DNA from: Kineococcus radiotolerans SRS30216 = ATCC BAA-149 | GTDB taxonomy: Bacteria; Actinomycetota; Actinomycetes; Actinomycetales; Kineococcaceae | Length of the DNA stretch: 32,000 bases | Assembly: GCF_000017305.1 (NCBI RefSeq) | Contig: NC_009664.2 | Location: 960,001 to 992,000 of the forward strand | Direction of reading: 5' to 3' | In this document: one piece after another, positions 19,840 through 27,842 of the stretch | Layout of the letters: each line of letters starts with the position of its first letter | How positions within the stretch are numbered: the first letter of the stretch is position 1 | Made by a program: the position numbers and the translations under genes | Notes under the pieces: model-generated | What the model was told of the DNA's origin: nothing | Database searches by the model: none | Seen by the model: the letters and a program-made list of their open reading frames with translations, nothing else

Positions 19840-20567
19840 CCGCTCGCGGCCCCTGACCTCTCGGCCCCGCCCTCGACCCCGGCCTCGGCGGTCGGCTCCT
19901 CGACGGCCGGTTCCTCGAGCTCGACCCAGCCCGCGGGCACCGCGGCCCGCAGCTCGGCCTCGCTGATCGCCCCCACCCGCAGGACGCGCAGCGGGCCGTC
20001 GGAGGCGTCGACGATGGTGGAGGGGGCGCCCTTCGTGCTCGGCCCGCCGTCGAGGTAGACCCGCACCGACTCCCCCAGCTGCTCCACGGCCTCGCCGACG
20101 ACCGTCGCGGCCGGGCGGCCGGAGAGGTTCGCGCTGGAGACGGCCATCGGGCCGGTGCGCCGCAGCAGCTCCAGCGCGACCGGGTGCAGCGGCATCCGCA
20201 GCGCGACCGTGCCGTTCGTCTCCCCCAGGTCCCAGGTCAGCGACGGCTGGGCCCGGCAGACGATGGTCAGCGCCCCGGGCCAGAAGGCGTCGATGAGCTC
20301 GCGGACCGCGAACGGGATCGAGGACGCGAGCCCGTCGATGGTCCGGGTCTCCGGCACCAGGACCGGCGGCGGCATGTCGCGCCCGCGCCCCTTCGCCTCC
20401 AGGAGCCGCTTGACGGCGGCGGGGTTGAACGCGTCCGCACCGATGCCGTAGACGGTGTCGGTGGGCAGCACGACCACCTCACCGCGCTTGACGGCGTTGT
20501 GCGCTGCGGACAGACCGCGCTCGCGGATGACGGGGTCGGCGCAATCGAACGGGGGCCTCACGGGCAC
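19836..20567 (-). CDS. tsaC: L-threonylcarbamoyladenylate synthase (YrdC/Sua5/TsaC family)
   Basis: 243 aa with VVVLPTDTVYGIGADAF, LEAKGRGRDMPPPVLV and SSANLSGRP. It has an acidic C-terminal tail and no separate Sua5 C-terminal domain. Confidence 0.9.
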   Translation of the reverse strand: MPVRPPFDCADPVIRERGLSAAHNAVKRGEVVVLPTDTVYGIGADAFNPAAVKRLLEAKGRGRDMPPPVLVPETRTIDGLASSIPFAVRELIDAFWPGALTIVCRAQPSLTWDLGETNGTVALRMPLHPVALELLRRTGPMAVSSANLSGRPAATVVGEAVEQLGESVRVYLDGGPSTKGAPSTIVDASDGPLRVLRVGAISEAELRAAVPAGWVELEEPAVEEPTAEAGVEGGAERSGAASG

Positions 20568-20628
20568 GAGTGTCCCACCCGCCGCGCCCGGCCGGAGGAG
20601 GCCGTCGTCCTCGGCGGGTCACCCGCCC

Positions 20629-21486
20629 TCAGGCGCGGCGCGCGCTGGTGGAGCGGGGGCGCCCGGTGAGGTCGCGGTGGCTCTCCACGCCCGTCCAGGC
20701 GGGCCCGGCGAACAGGGCGCGCGCCGAGCGCTCCTGCACCTCCGCGTGCTCCACCACGACGTACCCGCCGGGGACGAGCAGCCGCGCGGCGGCGGCCACG
20801 ACCCGCCGGGGCACCAGCAGGCCGTCGTCGCCGAGGCCGTAGAGCGCCACCTCCGGGTCGTGCAGGGCCACCTCGGGGTCGAGGGGGACCGCGCCGGGCG
20901 GGACGTAGGGCGGGTTGCTCACGACGACGTCGACCCGGCCGTCGAGGTCGGCGAACGCGGTGCCGGCGTCGCCCTCGCGCAGGTCCACGCGGGGGGCGAT
21001 CGCGTCGACGTTGCGCCGGGCCCAGGCGTGCGCCATCGGGTCCAGCTCCACGGCGTGCACCGCGGCCCGCGGGACCTCGGTCGCGACGGCGAGGGCGATG
21101 GCCCCGGAGCCGGTGCACAGGTCCACGACGGTCGGGAACCGCCCGGCGGCCACCAGCCGCTGCGCCTCGTCGACGGCCAGCTGCGCCACCGTCTCGGTCT
21201 CCGGGCGCGGGACGAAGACCCCCGGGCCGACGTGCAGCTCCAGGGCCCGGAAGCCCGCCCGGCCGGTGAGGTGCTGGAGGGGGACGCGCTGCTCGCGCTC
21301 GGCGAGCAGGCCCCAGAAGGTCCCGGGCTCGACGTCCTCGCGCAGCGCGACCAGCACCGCGAGGCGGGAGCGCTCGACGCCCAGGGCGTGGGCGAGCAGG
21401 ACCTCGGCGTCCGCGCGGGCCGAGGCGACGCCGGCGGTGGCCAGCCGCTGCTCGGCCTCGCGCAGCAGTGCCCGCACGTCGCTCAC
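20629..21486 (-). CDS. prmC: Release-factor glutamine N5-methyltransferase PrmC (HemK)
   Basis: 285 aa with SAM motif DLCTGSGAIA and catalytic VVSNPPY. GTG start. Confidence 0.9.
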   Translation of the reverse strand: MSDVRALLREAEQRLATAGVASARADAEVLLAHALGVERSRLAVLVALREDVEPGTFWGLLAEREQRVPLQHLTGRAGFRALELHVGPGVFVPRPETETVAQLAVDEAQRLVAAGRFPTVVDLCTGSGAIALAVATEVPRAAVHAVELDPMAHAWARRNVDAIAPRVDLREGDAGTAFADLDGRVDVVVSNPPYVPPGAVPLDPEVALHDPEVALYGLGDDGLLVPRRVVAAAARLLVPGGYVVVEHAEVQERSARALFAGPAWTGVESHRDLTGRPRSTSARRA

Positions 21487-21520
21487 CCGGTGCTCCCCAC
21501 CCCCCGACCCTACGGGGCCC

Positions 21521-22645
21521 TCAGAGCGCGAACCCCAGCAGCCGCAGCGCCACCGCCTGGGTGTCCGGGGCGGCGGACCCGCTGGGCGAGGTGACCGCGA
21601 CCCAGCGTCCGGTGGCCGGTTCCGCCCAGACGGAGGACTGCACCCCGTAGGTGGCGCCGTTGTACCCGAGCACCGTGCGGCCGTCGAGGTCGGCGACCAG
21701 CCACCCCCACCCCGCGCGAGCCCCGTCGGCGTCGACGACGGGTTCCAGGGCGCGCGCCCCCGGCAGCCGCCCGCTCGCCGCGGCCGCCGCGAGCCGCCCG
21801 AGGTCCCCGGCGGTGGAGTAGACCCCGGTGCCGGCCGGGGCGCTGCCCGCGGAGAGCCACGGGGTGGTCGGGCGCCCGTCCGGGCCCAGCTCCACGGCCC
21901 GGTCCGCCGGGAGCTCGCCGGGGACGGCCGCGGTCCGCGTCATCCCCAGCGGGACGAGGACGCGCTCGGCGAGCAGCTGCGGGTACGGCACCCCGGCGCG
22001 CACGGCCAGGGCCTGCCCCAGCAGGGCGAAGCCCAGGTTGGAGTAGGCGTACTCGCCCCGGGGCGTGCGCAGGGGGGTCCAGGCCGCGTCGGTGAGCAGG
22101 GAGTCGGGGGTGTCCCACGCGTAGGGGTTGCCGTAGGTGGAGGCGGTGACGAGGTTGCGCAGCTGCGCCCGGGTGCTGAGCCGGGGCAACCCGGAGGTGT
22201 GGGTCGCCAGCTCGGCCAGGGTCGTGGCGGCCAGCTCCGGGGGCAGGTCCCGGTCGGGGTGGACCTCGGCCAGCGTGGTCCCGGGGCTCACCTCACCCCG
22301 CTCGACGGCGTCGGCGAGCAGCAGGCCGGTCATCGCCTTGGTGACGGACCCGATCTCCTGCGGGGTGGCGGCGGTGAGGGGGCGCCCCGGCGCGGCCGTG
22401 CCGATCGCCGCCCGCGCCGACGTCGAGGCGTCGCCCGCGGCGACGGCGAACCCCTGCCCGGCGAGGTCGCCGACCGCGGCGCGCAGCCGCTGCGCCAGGG
22501 CGGGGTCCCCCGTGCTGTCGGCGGAGGGGGTGGGCGGGGCGGCGGGCGCGAAGGCGCCCAGGCTCAGGACGAGCGCCGCCGCGAGGGCGACGAGCAGCGG
22601 GGGCCTGGACCTCGCGGGGAGGGCGGTGGACGGCGTGCGGGACAA
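21521..22645 (-). CDS. Secreted serine hydrolase of the beta-lactamase / DD-peptidase (class C-like) family
   Basis: It has SxxK (IGSVTKAM) and YxN (YAYSNLGF). The preferred start is TTG at 22645, preceded by GAGGTGATC (a 9-nt anti-SD match) 3 nt upstream. This gives the signal peptide MSRTPSTALPARSRPPLLVALAAALVLSLGAFA. Alternative in-frame starts are GTG at 22654 and GTG at 22789. Confidence 0.8.
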   Translation of the reverse strand: MSRTPSTALPARSRPPLLVALAAALVLSLGAFAPAAPPTPSADSTGDPALAQRLRAAVGDLAGQGFAVAAGDASTSARAAIGTAAPGRPLTAATPQEIGSVTKAMTGLLLADAVERGEVSPGTTLAEVHPDRDLPPELAATTLAELATHTSGLPRLSTRAQLRNLVTASTYGNPYAWDTPDSLLTDAAWTPLRTPRGEYAYSNLGFALLGQALAVRAGVPYPQLLAERVLVPLGMTRTAAVPGELPADRAVELGPDGRPTTPWLSAGSAPAGTGVYSTAGDLGRLAAAAASGRLPGARALEPVVDADGARAGWGWLVADLDGRTVLGYNGATYGVQSSVWAEPATGRWVAVTSPSGSAAPDTQAVALRLLGFAL

Positions 22646-22806
22646 CGTGATCACCTCGGTCCGGCGGCGGCGAGCAGGGTCACGAGCGGGACGACGCGCC
22701 GGCGGGACCTCGTGGCGGCCCCGGCCGTGCGGCACCGCGCGCAGCCGCCGCGGCTGCAGCGCCGCGACCCGCTCCCGAGGACGTCCCACCGCTCCTCGCC
22801 CCCCCC

Positions 22807-22830
22807 CCGCGGAGCCTACGCACTCCGCGG
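22807..22830 (-). terminator. Hairpin 11 nt downstream of the prfA stop (8-bp stem, 8-nt loop), followed by a G run
   Basis: ccgcggag-cctacgca-ctccgcgg is a perfect inverted repeat. On the minus-strand RNA it is followed by G8 rather than U, so its function as a terminator is uncertain. Confidence 0.3.
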
Positions 22831-22840
22831 TCGGCGCGCC

Positions 22841-23908
22841 TCAGACGGAGGTGGCGGCGAGCTGGGCGGCCTCGTCGGCGTCGATGGCGGACTGGATCAC
22901 GGGATCGAGGTCACCGTCGAGGACGGTGTCGAGGTTGTACGCCTTGAACCCCGTCCGGTGGTCGGCGATGCGGTTCTCGCCGTAGTTGTAGGTCCGGACG
23001 CGCTCGGAGCGGTCCACGGTGCGGACCTGGGAGCGGCGGGCCGCGGAGGCCTGCGCGTCGGCGGCCTCCTGGGCCAGGGCGTGCAGCCGCGCCCGCAGGA
23101 TGCGCATCGCCTGCTCGCGGTTCTGCAGCTGCGACTTCTCGTTCTGGCAGGTGGCGACGACCCCGGTGGGCAGGTGCGTGATGCGCACCGCCGAGTCGGT
23201 CGTGTTGACGCTCTGACCGCCGGGCCCGGAGGAGCGGAAGACGTCGACGCGCAGGTCGTTGGGGTCGACGGCGACCTCCACCTCCTCGGCCTCGGGGACG
23301 ACGAGCACCCCCACGGCGGAGGTGTGCACGCGCCCCTGCGACTCGGTGACGGGCACCCGCTGGACGCGGTGCACCCCGCCCTCGTACTTCAGCCGGTGCC
23401 ACACCCCCTCGGCCGCGGCGCCGCGGGTCTTCACCGCCACCGACACGTCCTTGTACCCGCCGAGGTCACTGGGGTTGGCGTCGAGGACCTCGGTCACCCA
23501 GCCGTGGCGCTCGGCGTAGCGCAGGTACATCCGCAGCAGGTCCCCCGCGAAGAGGGCCGACTCCTCCCCGCCCTCGCCGGCCTTGATCTCGAGGATCACG
23601 TCGCGGGAGTCGTCGGGGTCGCGGGGCAGCAGCAGGCGGCGCAGCTTCTCCCCCGCCTCCTCGGCGGCCCGCTGCAGGGCGGGCAGCTCCGCGGCGAAGG
23701 CGGCGTCCTCGGCGGCCAGCTCGCGCGCTGCCTCGGCGTCGTCCGCGGCCGCGCGCCACGCGGCGTGGGCCACGACCACCGCCCCCAGCTCGGCGTAGCG
23801 GCGGCCCAGCGTGCGGGCCAGCGCCGCGTCGGCGTGCACCGCGGGGTCGGCCAGGCGCCGCTCCAGCTCGGCGTGCTCGTCGAGCAGCGGGGTGACGGCC
23901 TCGAACAC
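22841..23908 (-). CDS. prfA: Peptide chain release factor 1
   Basis: 355 aa with GGQ motif [23 protein letters not shown] and the PxT-type region. GTG start with AGGAG 6 nt upstream. Confidence 0.97.
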   Translation of the reverse strand: MFEAVTPLLDEHAELERRLADPAVHADAALARTLGRRYAELGAVVVAHAAWRAAADDAEAARELAAEDAAFAAELPALQRAAEEAGEKLRRLLLPRDPDDSRDVILEIKAGEGGEESALFAGDLLRMYLRYAERHGWVTEVLDANPSDLGGYKDVSVAVKTRGAAAEGVWHRLKYEGGVHRVQRVPVTESQGRVHTSAVGVLVVPEAEEVEVAVDPNDLRVDVFRSSGPGGQSVNTTDSAVRITHLPTGVVATCQNEKSQLQNREQAMRILRARLHALAQEAADAQASAARRSQVRTVDRSERVRTYNYGENRIADHRTGFKAYNLDTVLDGDLDPVIQSAIDADEAAQLAATSV

Positions 23909-23943
23909 GGGGTCTCCTGGGGGTGGAGGGGGCGGGAACGCGA

Positions 23944-23990
23944 CAGCGCCGGCCCCTCCGCGTCTCGTGGACGCGGTGGGACCGGCGCTG
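23944..23990 (-). terminator. Large two-tier GC hairpin between rpmE and prfA
   Basis: The sequence is cagcgccggcccc-t-ccgcgtc-tcgtg-gacgcgg-t-gggaccggcgctg. The outer stem pairs 12 of 13 positions, the inner stem 7 of 7, with a 5-nt loop. It starts 8 nt after the rpmE stop and ends 35 nt before the prfA GTG. There is no U tract. Confidence 0.45.
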
Positions 23991-23998
23991 CGGGAGTG

Positions 23999-24217
23999 CT
24001 ACTTGGCGTCGGTCTTCTTGCCGTAGCGCTGCTGGAAGCGGGCGACGCGGCCGCCGGTGTCCAGGATCTTCTGCTTGCCCGTGTAGAACGGGTGGCAGGC
24101 GCTGCACACGTCGGCGCGGAGCTGGCCGCTCTTCTCGGTGCTGCGGGTGGTGAACGTCGATCCACAGGTGCAGGTGACCGTGGTCTCGACGTACTCCGGG
24201 TGGATTCCGGCCTTCAT
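23999..24217 (-). CDS. rpmE: 50S ribosomal protein L31 (Cys-containing, zinc-binding type)
   Basis: MKAGIHPEY...CTCGS...[16 protein letters not shown] at 24217 is preceded by GAGGAG. The longer track ORF start at 24247 is rejected. Confidence 0.95.
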   Translation of the reverse strand: MKAGIHPEYVETTVTCTCGSTFTTRSTEKSGQLRADVCSACHPFYTGKQKILDTGGRVARFQQRYGKKTDAK

Positions 24218-24319
24218 GGTGATCTCCTCTAGGCGCGTGATCGGCACCGGGTCGCCTCCCCCGCCAGGGGGGTCGTGCGTGGCGTGAGCCGGTACCTGCG
24301 GTCGAAGCAGTCTCCCACA

Positions 24320-24351
24320 GGAGCCGCTGAGTACTTGAACCCAGCGGCTCC
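24320..24351 (-). terminator. Hairpin 14 nt downstream of the rho stop (10-bp perfect stem, 12-nt loop)
   Basis: ggagccgctg-agtacttgaacc-cagcggctcc. Only a weak U content follows on the minus-strand RNA (UGUGGGAGACUGCUUCG). Confidence 0.4.
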
Positions 24352-24365
24352 CCGGGAGATTCCCG

Positions 24366-26456
24366 TCAGTCCTTGTTGACCAGCGGGGTGCTGGACTGGA
24401 CCTGCTGCAGGAACTCGAGGTTGCTGCGGGTCTTCTTGAGCCGGTCCAGCAGCAGCTCGATGGAGGCCTGCGCGTCGAGCGCGGTGACGACGCGACGCAG
24501 CTTCCAGACCGTCGCCAGCTCCTCGCGGGACATGAGGATCTCCTCGCGGCGGGTGCCGGAGGCCGGCACGTCGACCGCGGGGAAGATGCGCTTGTCCGCC
24601 AGCTGGCGCGACAGCCGCACCTCCATGTTCCCGGTGCCCTTGAACTCCTCGAAGATGACCTCGTCGGCCTTCGAGCCGGTCTCCACCAGGGCGGAGGCCA
24701 GGATCGTCAGCGAGCCGCCGTTCTCGACGTTGCGGGCGGCGCCGAAGAAGCGCTTCGGCGGGTACAGCGCCGAGGCGTCGACACCGCCGGAGAGGATCCG
24801 GCCGCTGGCGGGCGCCGAGATGTTGTAGGCGCGCGAGAGGCGGGTCAGGGAGTCCAGCAGCACGACGACGTCGTTGCCGAGCTCCACGAGGCGCTTGGCC
24901 CGCTCGATGGCGAGCTCGGCGACCGCGGTGTGGTCGGCGGCGGGGCGGTCGAAGGTGGAGGCGATGACCTCACCCTTGATCGTCCGCTGCATGTCGGTGA
25001 CCTCTTCGGGCCGCTCGTCGACCAGGACGACCATGAGGTGGCACTCGGGGTTGTTGGTCGTGATGGCGTTGGCGATGGCCTGCATGACCATCGTCTTGCC
25101 GGCCTTCGGCGGCGCGACGATCAGACCGCGCTGCCCCTTCCCCAGCGGCGACATCAGGTCGATGATGCGCGTCGTCAGGACGTTGGGCTCGGTCTCCAGC
25201 CGCAGGCGCTCCTGCGGGTAGAGCGGCGTCAGCTTGGTGAAGTCCGGGCGGTTGCGCGCCTGCTCCGGCGCGGCGCCGTTGACGGTGTCGACGCGGACGA
25301 GGGCGTTGAACTTCGCCCGCGCCCCGGTCTGCTCGCCCTCGCGGGGCTGGCGCACCGCACCGGTCACCGCGTCGCCCGGGCGCAGGTGGTTCTTCTTCAC
25401 CTGGCCGAGGGAGACGTACACGTCGTTCGCGCCGGCGAGGTAGCCGGAGGTGCGGATGAACGCGTAGTTGTCGAGCACGTCGAGGATCCCGGCGACGGGC
25501 AGCAGGACGTCGTCCTCGTTGACCTGCTCGTCGATCTCGGGGGCACCGGCGCCCTCGCGCCCGCCCCGGCGGCCCTTGCGGTCGCGGTAGCGGTTGCGGC
25601 GGCCGCGACGGCCCCCGCGCTCGTCGTCGTCGTCGAAGCCCACCGCGGGGCCGGCGCTCGCCGCGGCCTGGGGACGCTCCTCGACGCGCTCGGAGCGCTC
25701 CACCGGCCGCTCGGCGCGGTCGGCGCGGGGTTCGCGCGGCTCGCGGTTCTCCCCGCGGCCCTCGGACCGGGTGCGCTCGGGGCGCCCCTCGCCCTCGGCG
25801 GGCGGGTTCTCGGTGCGGCGGGGCATGTTCGGCAGCTCGACCTGCTGGTCGGGCTCGCGCACCCGGTCGCGACGGGCGCGCTCCCGGCGGGAGAGGCGCG
25901 GGGTGCCGTCCTGCGCGTCGGGACGCTCCGCACGCTCGGGACGCTCCGCGCGCTCGGAGCGGGCGCCCACGAAGTCGTCGAGGGTGGGCTCGCTGCGCGG
26001 GGCGGGGGTCTCGGCCACCGGCTGGGCCGGGACCTCGACGGTGAACTGCTCACCGGCGGGCGGGGCCGCGGGCGGGGCTCCGGCGGAGGAGCCGGCGCGG
26101 CGCGAGCGGGTCCGCGGGGCGGAGGTGCTCACGGCGGTCTCGGCCGCCGACCCGGCGGGCGTGGACTCGTTCAGCGCCGAGACCGGGGCGATCTCCCCGG
26201 TCACCGGGGCGGGAGCCGCGGCGGTGGGGGCGTCGGCGGCCTCGGGGCGGCCGGTGCGCTGCGGGGCGCCGGACTGCTGCTCGCGGATGGCCGCGAGCAG
26301 GTCCACCTTGCGCATGCGCCCGGTGCCGGAGATGCCGAGCTCCGTGGCGAGCGCCTGCAGCTGGGGCAGGCGCAGGGCGGAGAGGCTGCCGGTGCGGCGC
26401 GCGGGCGCCTCGGCGGTCGCGCCGTCGGTGGCAGCGATGTCGGTGGTGTCGGTCAC
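24366..26456 (-). CDS. rho: Transcription termination factor Rho with a large N-terminal insertion domain (696 aa)
   Basis: The Rho_N helix bundle is [30 protein letters not shown]. The OB/CSD is [17 protein letters not shown]. The P-loop is APPKAGKT, followed by DERPEEV and the C-terminal ATPase. GTG at 26456 is preceded by GGGGGAAGGA. Codons upstream of it have many A/T third positions, which indicates non-coding sequence. Confidence 0.95.
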   Translation of the reverse strand: MTDTTDIAATDGATAEAPARRTGSLSALRLPQLQALATELGISGTGRMRKVDLLAAIREQQSGAPQRTGRPEAADAPTAAAPAPVTGEIAPVSALNESTPAGSAAETAVSTSAPRTRSRRAGSSAGAPPAAPPAGEQFTVEVPAQPVAETPAPRSEPTLDDFVGARSERAERPERAERPDAQDGTPRLSRRERARRDRVREPDQQVELPNMPRRTENPPAEGEGRPERTRSEGRGENREPREPRADRAERPVERSERVEERPQAAASAGPAVGFDDDDERGGRRGRRNRYRDRKGRRGGREGAGAPEIDEQVNEDDVLLPVAGILDVLDNYAFIRTSGYLAGANDVYVSLGQVKKNHLRPGDAVTGAVRQPREGEQTGARAKFNALVRVDTVNGAAPEQARNRPDFTKLTPLYPQERLRLETEPNVLTTRIIDLMSPLGKGQRGLIVAPPKAGKTMVMQAIANAITTNNPECHLMVVLVDERPEEVTDMQRTIKGEVIASTFDRPAADHTAVAELAIERAKRLVELGNDVVVLLDSLTRLSRAYNISAPASGRILSGGVDASALYPPKRFFGAARNVENGGSLTILASALVETGSKADEVIFEEFKGTGNMEVRLSRQLADKRIFPAVDVPASGTRREEILMSREELATVWKLRRVVTALDAQASIELLLDRLKKTRSNLEFLQQVQSSTPLVNKD
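25920..25955 (-). repeat. 18-bp tandem repeat x2 (1 mismatch) inside the rho insertion domain, encoding [12 protein letters not shown]
   Basis: gggacgctccgcacgctc followed by gggacgctccgcgcgctc, then a partial ggagcg. Confidence 0.85.
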
Positions 26457-26686
26457 GAAGGTCCTTCCCCCTCGTCGGAGCGACTGACCTGCAGAGCCGG
26501 CCGAACCGGGTCCGGGGTGTCGCGGTGACTGCCCGATCGGGCAGGAATGGGAATCCACGGTCGCGCGGAGGGGCGCACATCAGACGTGGAGACGCGCTCG
26601 AGAGCAGGAAGGGAGCGTGCTGCAGAAGAACCACGAAGGGTACGACTGCGGCGCCCTGCCCGTGAGTGCTGCCTAAGACTCTAACA
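26457..26686 (-). promoter_or_regulatory. rho 5' leader (~215 nt) with a candidate extended -10 promoter TGTTAGAGT, a pyrimidine-rich tract and a 16-bp palindrome
   Basis: On the minus strand TGT+TAGAGT lies at 26686-26678. The 60 nt at 26640-26581 read on the minus strand are C25 U18 G13 A4 by hand count. The perfect palindrome ctgcccgatcgggcag lies at 26529-26544. The SD GGGGGAAGGA precedes the GTG. Confidence 0.4.
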
Positions 26687-26807
26687 CCCGAGCGCACGGG
26701 GAGGTTCCACGTCCCCCGTTCGGCCTCCGCGGCGGGTCGCGCCCCGTCCCGGGGACGCCGGCGCGGCGGGGAACCACCCCGGTGTCCCGCAACACCTCTC
26801 GACCGGA

Positions 26808-26831
26808 CGCGGACCGGTGCACCGGTCCGCG
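26808..26831 (-). terminator. 24-bp perfect palindrome 24 nt downstream of the thrB stop
   Basis: cgcggaccggtg|caccggtccgcg. It could form a ~10-bp GC stem. There is no clear U tract. Confidence 0.4.
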
Positions 26832-26863
26832 CGTCAGCCGTGCGTCAGCGGCGCGTCAGTCGG
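26831..26863 (-). repeat. 11-bp direct repeat x3 (gcgtcag core) spanning the thrB stop codon
   Basis: gcgtcagccgt / gcgtcagcggc / gcgtcagtcgg. On the minus strand each unit carries a TGA (at 26858, 26847 and 26836), so the three TGAs fall in all three frames. Confidence 0.75.
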
Positions 26864-27842
26864 TGCGCCACTGCACCCCGCGGTGGTGCACCGGGCGGTC
26901 GTGCACCTCCCACCCGCCGAGGACCCCCGCGATCCGCTCCACCTCGGGCACGCGCTCCGCCGTGGTGAGGACCAGCGCGCTCGGGCCGGCCCCGGACACC
27001 ACGGCCGCGAGACCCGCGGCGCGCAGGTCGGCCAGCAGCTGCGCGGTGCGCGGCATCGCGGGCGCGCGCTGGGCCTGGTGCAGCCGCTCCTCCGTGGCGT
27101 CGAGCAGCAGCGCCGGGGCGGAGGTGAGGGCGTGCACCAGCAGACCGGCGCGACCGGCGGTCAGCGCGGCGTCGGCGTGCGGGACGGTCGCGGGCAGCAG
27201 CGCCCGGGCCCGCGACGTCGCGAGCTCCTCGGCCGGGACGCACACCACGGCGCGCACGTGGGGGTGGACGGGCAGGCGCACCGAGGAGACGGTGTCGGGG
27301 CGGGTCGGGTCCTCGCCCCGGCTCCAGGCGATGGTGAAGCCGCCGTGGACGGCGGGAGCGGCGTTGTCCGGGTGCCCCTCGCGGCGCGTGGACTCGGTCA
27401 GCAGCCGTTGCCGGGTCTGCTCGTCGGTCTCCTCGACGACCCCGGCCGCCCGCAGCAGCGCCCGCGCGGCGGCCAGCCCGGCGACGATGGCCGACGCCGA
27501 GGAACCCAGACCCCGACCGTGCGGGATGACGTTGCGGCACACCAGGTCCAGCCCGGGGACGGAGAACCCGGAGGCCGCCAGCTCCTCGAGCAGGACCCGG
27601 GCCACGAGGTGGCGCCCGTCGGTGGGCAGGGCCGCGGCGCCGTGCCCCTCGACCCGCACGCGCACCCCCCCGGGGCCGACCTCGGCCCGGACCTCGTCGC
27701 ACAGGTCCAGGGCGAGGCCGAAGGCGTCGAAGCCGGGACCGAGGTTGGCGCTGGTGGCGGGCACCCGCACGACCACCGCCGTCCCGAGGGCCAGCGGGGT
27801 GAGCGTGCCCGTCGGCCCGGGGACCGCCACGGGCGCGCTCAC
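26856..27842 (-). CDS. thrB: Homoserine kinase
   Basis: 328 aa. The GHMP kinase motif is [17 protein letters not shown]. The N-terminus carries [22 protein letters not shown] at 27842 overlaps the thrC stop (GTGA). Confidence 0.92.
   Translation of the reverse strand: MSAPVAVPGPTGTLTPLALGTAVVVRVPATSANLGPGFDAFGLALDLCDEVRAEVGPGGVRVRVEGHGAAALPTDGRHLVARVLLEELAASGFSVPGLDLVCRNVIPHGRGLGSSASAIVAGLAAARALLRAAGVVEETDEQTRQRLLTESTRREGHPDNAAPAVHGGFTIAWSRGEDPTRPDTVSSVRLPVHPHVRAVVCVPAEELATSRARALLPATVPHADAALTAGRAGLLVHALTSAPALLLDATEERLHQAQRAPAMPRTAQLLADLRAAGLAAVVSGAGPSALVLTTAERVPEVERIAGVLGGWEVHDRPVHHRGVQWRTD

Noticed and set aside
20915-24232. 1105-aa plus-strand ORF antisense to prmC, the serine hydrolase, prfA and rpmE
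   Set aside because: The same reasoning applies. It is a shadow ORF opposite strongly supported genes, with a low-complexity Gly/Arg/Pro-rich translation.
26457-26558. Longer rho start (GTG at 26558, adding 34 residues)
   Set aside because: Codons in this stretch have frequent A/T third positions (GAT, CAT, TCA, CGA, GGA, GGT, TCT, GCA...), unlike real genes here. The GTG at 26456 has a strong SD, and the N-terminus aligns with the Rho_N helix bundle shortly after.
26050-26697. 215-aa minus-strand ORF overlapping the rho leader and 5' coding region (possible uORF or overlapping gene)
   Set aside because: It is out of frame with rho over 400 bp and has a His/Arg/Pro-rich nonsense-like translation. 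There is no SD before its GTG. It is most simply an alternative-frame artefact.
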